A model generated the notes under the pieces. That model searched no databases. It was not told the origin of the DNA and worked only from the letters and a program-made list of their open reading frames with translations. Both the position numbers and the translations under genes were made by a program. A stretch of 64,000 nucleotides of DNA from Candidatus Falkowbacteria bacterium (GTDB taxonomy: Bacteria > Patescibacteriota > Patescibacteriia > JAACEG01): assembly GCA_018651725.1 (NCBI GenBank), contig JABIDK010000001.1:748-64747 (forward strand), given 5' to 3'. Positions 56,695 to 64,000 of the stretch are shown here, in pieces. The number at the start of each line of letters is the position of its first letter. Positions within the stretch are counted from its first letter, which is position 1.

Positions 56695-57282
56695 TTATAT
56701 TGCACTGTCTAAAAGCTCATCTAATTTTTTGTCTAATTCGTCGATGCTGGCTTTTTGGCCCAGGCCACTCTCTCTGGCTTCGCCATTCACCTTGTCTTTA
56801 GGTTCTTTTTTCTTGGTTTCTTCAGGTTTGTCGTCTGTTGTTTCAGCTTTCTCTGGTTTAGTTTCAACTTTTTCTTCTTTATCTTTCTTTGCTGTTTTTT
56901 CAGTTTTAGGTTTCTCTTCCTTCTTCTCTACTGTTTTTTCAATAACTTGTTTTTCAACTTTCACCTTGTCTTGATTGTCCGGTGAAAAAGGTTTAGATCT
57001 TTTTACTTCTTTTACGATTTGAAATCGAATAACATCGGTGTTGATGTTTAGTTTTTGAGTAATTTTCTCCGGTGTATCAGGTTCACCAGCAAAAATCACT
57101 AAGGTGTAATACCCGTAGCGAAAGTGTTTAATTTGGTAGGCTAATTTTTTCTTGCCCCAATCTTGAGTACTTTGGATGTCCCCACCATTTTCTTTAACAG
57201 TAGAAATAACCTTTTGGTTGATTTCCTTTACTTCATCGTCCGAATATTTGTTCGGAACAATGAAAAGCAGTTCATAGTTCAT
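56695..57282 (-). CDS. rpsF: 30S ribosomal protein S6 with long charged C-terminal extension
   Basis: YELLFIV; WGKKKLAYQI; GYY; order rpsF-ssb-rpsR. Confidence 0.96.
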   Translation of the reverse strand: MNYELLFIVPNKYSDDEVKEINQKVISTVKENGGDIQSTQDWGKKKLAYQIKHFRYGYYTLVIFAGEPDTPEKITQKLNINTDVIRFQIVKEVKRSKPFSPDNQDKVKVEKQVIEKTVEKKEEKPKTEKTAKKDKEEKVETKPEKAETTDDKPEETKKKEPKDKVNGEARESGLGQKASIDELDKKLDELLDSAI

Positions 57283-57299
57283 TTGTTTTTATTGCAAAA

Positions 57300-57362
57300 T
57301 CTACAACGTCAGATAGTAACAACCATTTGACATCGCAGAACTCTTTTGATAGAGTATGGACT
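57300..57362 (-). promoter_or_regulatory. Structured rpsF leader (candidate S6:S18 autoregulatory RNA)
   Basis: Two hairpins, the long one rich in G-U pairs on the mRNA strand. Confidence 0.45.
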
Positions 57363-57412
57363 TTACAATTAATTATTTGTATAATAAATTAAATTAATCT
57401 TTAAAAGATTCT

Positions 57413-58627
57413 ATGTTGTATTATTTTATTTTAGGGCAAAACAAAAATTTGTCAATAGTGGAGATATTAAATAGAGAGGAGATAAAAAGGCTTAAGTTAG
57501 ATAAAAAAGCTGTTTTTTTAGTTGAAAATGTTTTATTTTTGGAAACAGATTTGGAAATTGACGCTCAAAACTTAATAAATTGCTTGGGAGGAACAATAAA
57601 AATAGGTAAAATTGAGAGAAAGTACAAGGATTTTAGCGAAATAAAGACCGAAGATATTATTGAGCTTATTAAAGGCAAAGGCGGGAAAGTGCACTTTGGA
57701 TTTAGCGTGGTTGGGATTAAGAGTAAAAAGTTTATAAAAAATCTGGCAATTAATATAAAAAAAGATTTTAGAAGCGAAAAAATAAACTCTCGCTGGGTAG
57801 AAGCAAAGGAGTTGGAACTTTCATCGGTGGTGGTTGAAAAGAATAAGCTTTTGAAAAAAGGAGCAGAGATTTATTTTTTCAGGAGTGAAAACACTGTTTA
57901 TGTTGGTAAAACTTTGGCTGTTCAGGACTTTGAAGGTTACAGTAAAAGAGACTACGGTCGACCAGGAAGAGATGTTTTATCCGGCATGATTCCGCCGAAG
58001 TTGGCGCAGATAATGATTAATTTAACTGGAATTGTAAATTATAATACTTTTTTAGATCCATTTTGTGGGTCAGGGACATTTTTACAAGAAGCGATTTTAA
58101 TGGGACAGAAAAATATTATCGGCTCTGATATTAGTGAAAAAGCAATCAGCAACAGTACTGAGAATTTGGAGTGGCTAAAAAATAATTGGGGAATCAAGAG
58201 TTTGGATTACGAATTATTTTGTTTGGATGTAAAAAAATTATCCAAGAAAATTGAATTTGAATCTGTTGACGGAATTGCCACCGAGCCGTATCTTGGGCCA
58301 ACAAGCTTAATCATGGGGCGAACATCAAAAATTGAAAGTTTAGTACAAGAGCTGTCTGAGTCGTATCTGGATAGTTTTAAAGAGCTTAAAAAGGTGCTTA
58401 GGAAAAAGAAAAAACTTGTAATAATTTTTCCTGTTTTAAAGGGCAAAGATTTAATTCATCTTAATATTTTGCCGCAGATTAAAGCTTTAGGATTTAAAAT
58501 AGACCCATTTGTTCCAAACGAGTTTAGCAATTTAATCCAAACAACTCCACGCGGGTCAATCCTCTATTCTCGACCTACGCCAAACCAAAGAGTTGTTAGA
58601 GAGATATTTGTTTTTGAGAAAAAATAA
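57413..58627 (+). CDS. TRM11-like SAM-dependent RNA methyltransferase
   Basis: GMIPPKLAQIM; LDPFCGSGT; TEPYLG. Confidence 0.85.
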   Translation: MLYYFILGQNKNLSIVEILNREEIKRLKLDKKAVFLVENVLFLETDLEIDAQNLINCLGGTIKIGKIERKYKDFSEIKTEDIIELIKGKGGKVHFGFSVVGIKSKKFIKNLAINIKKDFRSEKINSRWVEAKELELSSVVVEKNKLLKKGAEIYFFRSENTVYVGKTLAVQDFEGYSKRDYGRPGRDVLSGMIPPKLAQIMINLTGIVNYNTFLDPFCGSGTFLQEAILMGQKNIIGSDISEKAISNSTENLEWLKNNWGIKSLDYELFCLDVKKLSKKIEFESVDGIATEPYLGPTSLIMGRTSKIESLVQELSESYLDSFKELKKVLRKKKKLVIIFPVLKGKDLIHLNILPQIKALGFKIDPFVPNEFSNLIQTTPRGSILYSRPTPNQRVVREIFVFEKK

Positions 58628-59698
58628 TTAGTTCGCGAATAAAAAGTGGCAGACATCGCCGTCTTTTATGATATAGTCCTTGCCTTCGGTGCGGATTAGG
58701 CCTTTTTCTTTGGCGATTGTTTCGCTGGTGCATTCGATGAGCTGGTCTATGTTTATTACCTCGACGCGGATGAAGCCTTGTTCAAAGTCGGAGTGGATTA
58801 CGCCGGCGGCTTGGGGGCCGGTGGCTCCTTTTTTTACTGTCCAGGCTTGGTTGATATTTTTTGCAGCCGCGGAGTAAAAAGTTATAAGATCTAAAATTTG
58901 ATATGAAGCTAAAATCAGTTTATTTAAACCACTTTCTTTGATTCCAAGTTCTTGTCTGTATTCTTTTGCATCTTCTTCGCTTAGTTCAGCTAGGTCGGCT
59001 TCCATTTTTATATTCATTTCAATGGCGGCGTAGTCATCTTTGAATTTACTTACGGTCTCTGATTTTTCATCTATGTTTCGCAGATAGATCATTGGCTTTA
59101 AAGTAAGTAGATTTAAATCTTTAACTAAACTTTTTTCTTCGTCATCAAGATTGGCTTTAATCGCCAATTTTTCATTTTTTAGAAGACCCTCGATTTTTTC
59201 TAGGATAGAAATTATTTTTTCAGTTTGCTTGTCTGCTCCGGAACGTAATGTTTTTTTAAGGCGGTCTATTTTGTTTGAGACAATTTCAAGGTCAGCTAAA
59301 ATTAACTCCAGATTAATTGTTCTTAAATCATCTTCGGGATCAATTTTATTGTGGACATGAACAATATCGCTGTTCTCAAAGTCACGCACAACTTGGCAGA
59401 TTGCATCTACCTCTCTGATGTTGGCTAGAAATTTATTGCCCAAACCCTCGCCTTGGCTGGCGCCCTTAACAAGCCCGGCGATATCAACGAACTCTATAAT
59501 AGTGGGAACTTTTTCCGTGGCTTGAAGAACCTCGGCTAGCTTATCCAGCTTTTTATCCGGCACTTTAACGGTACCGACGTTGGGGTCGATAGTGCAAAAA
59601 GGATAATTTTCCGCGTCAACTCGCTTTTTGGTTAAGGTTTTGAATAAGGTGGATTTACCAACGTTGGGCAAGCCCACGATTCCGATTGAGAAAGACAT
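58628..59698 (-). CDS. ychF: Redox-regulated ATPase YchF
   Basis: GLPNVGKST; YPFCTIDPN; [10 protein letters not shown]; TGS domain. Confidence 0.97.
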   Translation of the reverse strand: MSFSIGIVGLPNVGKSTLFKTLTKKRVDAENYPFCTIDPNVGTVKVPDKKLDKLAEVLQATEKVPTIIEFVDIAGLVKGASQGEGLGNKFLANIREVDAICQVVRDFENSDIVHVHNKIDPEDDLRTINLELILADLEIVSNKIDRLKKTLRSGADKQTEKIISILEKIEGLLKNEKLAIKANLDDEEKSLVKDLNLLTLKPMIYLRNIDEKSETVSKFKDDYAAIEMNIKMEADLAELSEEDAKEYRQELGIKESGLNKLILASYQILDLITFYSAAAKNINQAWTVKKGATGPQAAGVIHSDFEQGFIRVEVINIDQLIECTSETIAKEKGLIRTEGKDYIIKDGDVCHFLFAN

Positions 59699-59834
59699 AG
59701 GGTTAGTCTATAAAGTCTATAAAGTCTATAAAGTCATTATTGAATATCCTAACACTCTGGAAAATTTTTGCAAATAAAAAACGGCGGACTTGTTAAAAGT
59801 CGCCGTTTGGGTTGGTGAGCTTGATTGCTCTTTG

Positions 59835-60650
59835 TTACATGTATTTTTGGAGTATTTCTCTTAAAGCGTCCGGGAGGTTGTCTTGTTCTATAAGTTCGTC
59901 AAGTGGTAACATTTCACCTCTCCAATGACAACGAACTTGGTTGAGCTCGCCCCTTTTAGACGCATTGGACAAAAGTTGATCTAATGTTTCAATGTCATCG
60001 GCAAAGACATCAGCCCCCCTTGAGCATAGACATGATTCGTTGATATTTGGTTTTTCAACTTTTTCCAATATTTCTCTTAGTTGGGGAGAGGGGTTAAATT
60101 CCTTGAGAAATTTTTTATACTCTTTGTTGTTTAAAGTAGCCATTTCTTCAAGAAAATCATAAGACAGTTTTGATAGTTCAGCTATTAATAAATATTCTTC
60201 TCTATCGTTAAGGGCTAGGCGAGCGGTTTGACAGGTAAGGCACATACAGTCCCTGTTTTCGATGGTTGGTTTGCCTGTAATCTTTACGCCTGATTTTTCT
60301 ATGGCACATGCAAGGGTGTTTACAGCTTCCGGGCCGTAGCGATCTGCAGGACAAATATTTTTTGCCAGAACGATTGCTTCGTTCTCTGAGCTAACACCAT
60401 GTTTTTTAGCCCAGGCGATAATAGCTTTGTTGCAGCCTGTGTTCGTGCCAAACGCCTCAAATAATTTAGAGCCTTCTTTCATTGTAAGCTCATTTATCAG
60501 CATAAATTCCTCGATAACAAAGTCCTCGGCCTTTTGGGTGTAGCTCCCGTTACTCTGTTGATGATCTTTGATATTATTCGCTGCAAAACATAGCAAATTA
60601 ATATCAGTGGGGTTGTCTTTTATGAAAGCAATAACTGCGTCAGGTGTCAT
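59835..60650 (-). CDS. Hypothetical protein
   Basis: SD AAGGAGAGG; promoter TTGACA-17 bp-TATAAA; terminator. Confidence 0.75.
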   Translation of the reverse strand: MTPDAVIAFIKDNPTDINLLCFAANNIKDHQQSNGSYTQKAEDFVIEEFMLINELTMKEGSKLFEAFGTNTGCNKAIIAWAKKHGVSSENEAIVLAKNICPADRYGPEAVNTLACAIEKSGVKITGKPTIENRDCMCLTCQTARLALNDREEYLLIAELSKLSYDFLEEMATLNNKEYKKFLKEFNPSPQLREILEKVEKPNINESCLCSRGADVFADDIETLDQLLSNASKRGELNQVRCHWRGEMLPLDELIEQDNLPDALREILQKYM

Positions 60651-60859
60651 TTTTCCTCTCCTTGGTTTTAGTTTTTTGTTGAAAGAAACACTTAAAATTA
60701 GTTGTACCTCCTTGTGTTGGTGATATTTATGGTTTTGAAAGAGCGGGATAGTTTGATTGATTAAGTTACTTTATAGCAATAAATAGGCTAAATGTCAAGC
60801 CTAACCAAACAAAAAAAGCAGTTTTGGGCTGCCTTTTTTTGTTTTTATTTTTATTTTGT

Positions 60860-60891
60860 CCCGCCTGCAACGTTGTAGCACTGCGGGCAGG
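60860..60891. mobile_element. 32-bp CCCGCC...CGGGCAGG element, intergenic copy
   Basis: Differs from 49596-49628 by one substitution and one deletion. Confidence 0.8.
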
Positions 60892-60950
60892 TGTGAAATT
60901 TATCTTATTGTAAAGATAATATGTAATCTCTTGGTAGAGAAGTTTGTTAT

Positions 60951-61013
60951 TAGACTTGTTACATAATTAACTATTACTGCAATCCTCACATAGTTAATTG
61001 TACAACAAGTCTA
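60951..61013. mobile_element. Internally deleted copy of the TAGACTT...AAGTCTA element
   Basis: Shares both arms and TATTACTGCAATCC with 172-331. Confidence 0.7.
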
Positions 61014-61041
61014 ATATATTTATTTAATTGTAATGAACTTT

Positions 61042-61239
61042 TTATAGATAAGCGGCTGCTGAAACAGCTGCTCCGCCAACAATGGCTGAACAAACAGCGG
61101 CTACGGAAAAGGCAACGGTTTTAATACCTTGGTTTTCTATTCTAATAGATTCCATTTCAGTATCTAAAGCATTGTTTTCTCCGCCACAACTACCGCAGCT
61201 TTCTTCGTCGTCAAGATTAATTTTTTGATAACTATTCAT
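61042..61239 (-). CDS. Small protein with CxxC and C-terminal TM segment
   Basis: SD AAGGGGGT; consensus promoter upstream. Confidence 0.6.
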   Translation of the reverse strand: MNSYQKINLDDEESCGSCGGENNALDTEMESIRIENQGIKTVAFSVAAVCSAIVGGAAVSAAAYL

Positions 61240-61277
61240 AGTTACACCCCCTTTCAAAATTAACTTATTATGCTATT

Positions 61278-61306
61278 ATTATAGCATAATAAAACGGCTT
61301 TGTCAA
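61278..61306 (-). promoter_or_regulatory. Consensus sigma70 promoter
   Basis: TTGACA-17 bp-TATAAT with TG extension. Confidence 0.8.
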
Positions 61307-61315
61307 TGCCAAAAA

Positions 61316-61879
61316 ATGGCTTATTTTATGGAAAAACAAATCATACATAAAGGCGAGAAAATAGATTTTTGTTTTAAGAAGAGGAAGGGGACGAAAAATT
61401 TGAGGATAGCTGTTTATCGGAGTGGCGAGGTTGTGGTTAGTGTTCCTTGGTGGGCAAGCTTGAAAAGAGCAGAGAATTTTGTGGTGGAAAAAGCGGATTG
61501 GATATTAGGGAAAATAAAAAAGAGAAAGGGGAAAGCAGGATTGCTATTTAAAAGAGATAGACAAGAATATTTAAGGCTTAAAAAATCTGCTTTTGAGTTT
61601 ATTGAAGAGAGCTTGGAGAAGTATAATAAAATTTATAACTTAGAGTATAAAAGAATTTCTATTCGAGATCAAAGAACGCGCTGGGGAAGTTGTTCGTCCA
61701 AGAAGAATTTGAACTTTAACTACAAAATTATTTTATTGCCTAAAAGATATGCTGATTATATAATCGTTCACGAGTTGTGTCATTTACAAGAATTTAACCA
61801 CTCCAGAGATTTTTGGTCGTTGGTTAGTGTGGCTATCCCGGAGTATAAAAAAATAGTTAAGGAGCTGAGAGAAATTTAA
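61316..61879 (+). CDS. YgjP/DUF45-family metal-dependent hydrolase
   Basis: QRTRWGSCS; YIIVHELCHL..FNHS..FW. Confidence 0.92.
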   Translation: MAYFMEKQIIHKGEKIDFCFKKRKGTKNLRIAVYRSGEVVVSVPWWASLKRAENFVVEKADWILGKIKKRKGKAGLLFKRDRQEYLRLKKSAFEFIEESLEKYNKIYNLEYKRISIRDQRTRWGSCSSKKNLNFNYKIILLPKRYADYIIVHELCHLQEFNHSRDFWSLVSVAIPEYKKIVKELREI

Positions 61880-61961
61880 AAGATTAATTTTGATTAGTTA
61901 TTTTTTGTGCTATAATATTGTTAGTTAAAAGTTGTTTGAATAATCTCTCGATCTTGTTTTT

Positions 61962-63215
61962 ATGTATAAAAAATTAAAAGCGTTATCTCTGAAAATAGAC
62001 AATAAAATTAAAGCGATTTTGTTAATGGAAAATAGTTTGATTCAGAAAGACAAGGAGGCTGAAGATGTTAAGGGAACTGATGTTGGAGAAGTTGAAATTA
62101 AAAAGCACTTGAAGCCGGGGAGGATAGTAGTTTCCAGATTAAATTTTAACGGAGCAAGGATTTTTTATTTAAGGTTAAAAGTTTCTTACTTTGGCTTTTT
62201 TTCTTTTGCAGTTGATATCGTTCTGTCGATCACCGAACAAATCATCGCCATCTTCGGCGATCCCGCCATCGCCTTCAACCTCCTCTATAACCAACACCAA
62301 GAAATTTCCTGCCCAATTCCATATTCCCAATTCAAAAAAGCTCAACACCACGCCAAAGTATTTTCTTATGCCGGTCTAGCCACCATGGTATTAATGTTGT
62401 CCTTCAGTACAATGATAACAAATTTCCTAATGGGCCCAACCGAAAAAATGATGGCCGCTAGTTATGGTCTAGTTCAAGAATCCTGGACAGAGTTAAGCTC
62501 TGCAATTGCCCAGCACTCTAACGGAGATGACTCAGGCTGGTTTAAGTATCTTGCCAAGACCGATATGGAGGCTGGAGAAAATTTAACTGTAGCAACAATA
62601 CCAGCTAATTGGAATGAAACTACCGACGCTGATTTTAATTCTTATACTAGCAAGAGTAGCAATTTATCGATAACCTCGAATAGTATTACTTTGTTGAAGC
62701 CAAATGGTGCAGCTTGTTCGGCTGATAGCCAGTGTGTGGACGGTTATGTGTGTTGTGCAGGAAACTGTGAAACAGAGACTACTCTATCATGGCCTGGATC
62801 AACTCACTCAAATTGTGATTGTTTGGATCGAGGAGGAAGTGTTTTTACTATTCCGAGTGGACAGGTTAATGCAGGAACAAAGATCTGTAAAATAACCGGA
62901 ACAAATTTGACCGGCGCTCCTTCGGGATGGGCAAAGGCAAGGAACTGGCAACAATACACCGGAACATACTACGAGGCGGACGCGTGTGGTAAAAACGGCA
63001 TACAGTCTTCGCCTACAAGCTTTAGCGATGCGCAAGGACTACGCTACTATAATAACGGAGGTTGTTCAAGTCAAAGATGGGCTTGCTCACACATGTATTT
63101 CAACCCACCTTATAATAAATGGGCAGGTGCGTCTAACTATGACCAAAAACATTCTTGTAACCGGGGGTCTGAGACTAATCCAAATTTATATAGGAGCGCC
63201 TTAGGGATATACTAA
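61962..63215 (+). CDS. Membrane-anchored Cys-rich surface protein
   Basis: TM segment followed by a Ser/Thr/Gly/Cys-rich extracellular region. Confidence 0.7.
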   Translation: MYKKLKALSLKIDNKIKAILLMENSLIQKDKEAEDVKGTDVGEVEIKKHLKPGRIVVSRLNFNGARIFYLRLKVSYFGFFSFAVDIVLSITEQIIAIFGDPAIAFNLLYNQHQEISCPIPYSQFKKAQHHAKVFSYAGLATMVLMLSFSTMITNFLMGPTEKMMAASYGLVQESWTELSSAIAQHSNGDDSGWFKYLAKTDMEAGENLTVATIPANWNETTDADFNSYTSKSSNLSITSNSITLLKPNGAACSADSQCVDGYVCCAGNCETETTLSWPGSTHSNCDCLDRGGSVFTIPSGQVNAGTKICKITGTNLTGAPSGWAKARNWQQYTGTYYEADACGKNGIQSSPTSFSDAQGLRYYNNGGCSSQRWACSHMYFNPPYNKWAGASNYDQKHSCNRGSETNPNLYRSALGIY

Positions 63216-63450
63216 GGTAGGTGTATTTTTTTAGAAATGAAAAAAGGAAAAAGGGGTCAGGTACTTTTTTATTAAAAATATGACATAGTTCAGGCATGCA
63301 ACCTCTCCAATTCTTTACGATGTATGTTTACTTGGTGATAAATTTAGTTGGAAAAATAAAAAGGGTTAAGAAGGATAATAAGAAAAGAAAAAAGGCTCGA
63401 AATTGTTTTTCGAGCCTTTGTGGTTTTTGGGGTAGAGAAATTATTTTTAT

Positions 63451-63999
63451 CTATCCTAAGTTTTGGACTGTTTCTGCTAGTGGAGTGAAGTCAACGCTTT
63501 CTTTGTCTATTTGACAAAGCTCGTCCGGGCTAAGGTACTTTACGTTTTTTTTCTTCGGAACCTCAATACCTTTTTCTTTTAGCAGCTGTCTAAGCTTCTC
63601 GTTTTCTTCTTGTGATTCTACATAGGCGTCAATAACTTTGAGAATTCTTTCTGTCTCGTCCCTTAGGGCAACGATGATATTATTATACTCTGAGAATTTA
63701 TGTCGAGCTTCTTCAAGCATTGGCAGAACATATTTTTTTGTCTCTTCGGACTGTTTTTTTATCCTGGGTATTGGAAACGGACCAATCATTGTTCCCAAAT
63801 TAGAGAGGCGATCGCAACCTTTGCCAATAATTGATTTTACATTTGTGGCTATTCTTGCATAATATTCTTTATTTGTTTCTCCTGGTCGTTTGGTTTGGTT
63901 ATCAACAATATTAGCCACTTCATCATTAAACTCTTGGCGTAGTTCTTCGTCGGTTGTTTTGTTATTTTCTTTTGTATCATGTAGAAGTATCCCAGCTAA
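63451..63999 (-). CDS. RelA/SpoT-type HD hydrolase (Mesh1/SAH-like), 5' end outside window
   Basis: Frame stays open to the window edge: LAGILLHDTKEN...KGCDRLSNL. Confidence 0.8.
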   Translation of the reverse strand, partial: LAGILLHDTKENNKTTDEELRQEFNDEVANIVDNQTKRPGETNKEYYARIATNVKSIIGKGCDRLSNLGTMIGPFPIPRIKKQSEETKKYVLPMLEEARHKFSEYNNIIVALRDETERILKVIDAYVESQEENEKLRQLLKEKGIEVPKKKNVKYLSPDELCQIDKESVDFTPLAETVQNLG

Positions 64000-64000
64000 G

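Noticed and set aside
59706-59735. GTCTATAAA x3 tandem repeat (also short repeats at 1-27 and 48720-48763)
   Set aside because: Short slippage-type repeats with no evidence of function.

Overview
AT-rich bacterial chromosome segment, most likely from a Patescibacteria/CPR (Parcubacteria-like) genome. This is inferred from gene content and from core genes that lack Shine-Dalgarno (SD) sites. Core genes are lgt, recA, ftsK, rpoB, rpoC, tsaC, cysteine synthase, ppsA, rmuC, a CCA-adding enzyme, efp, rpsR, ssb, rpsF and ychF. They are interspersed with many small orphan transcription units and an AbiEi/AbiEii toxin-antitoxin pair. The 46-50 kb region carries ten perfect parS sites plus one split site next to DnaA boxes, and is a probable origin region. 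The best candidate for something new is a stand-alone ~250-nt non-coding transcription unit at 51.9-52.2 kb (minus strand). It has its own promoter and terminator and fuses a tRNA-like T-loop domain to an isolated, covarying copy of the 23S rRNA L1 stalk (H76-H78). Other notable signals: a 13-8-13 site (GTTG-N9-GCGACCGC-N9-CAAC) flanking a PaaX/Cas2-like gene in inverted orientation, with a third copy 33 kb away; several families of tiny palindromic elements that insert in frame into genes (a tyrosine recombinase, rpsF); duplicated hairpin+boxA leaders; and a split between SD-less core genes and SD-led orphan genes. All alignments and folds were done by eye; no database searches were run.
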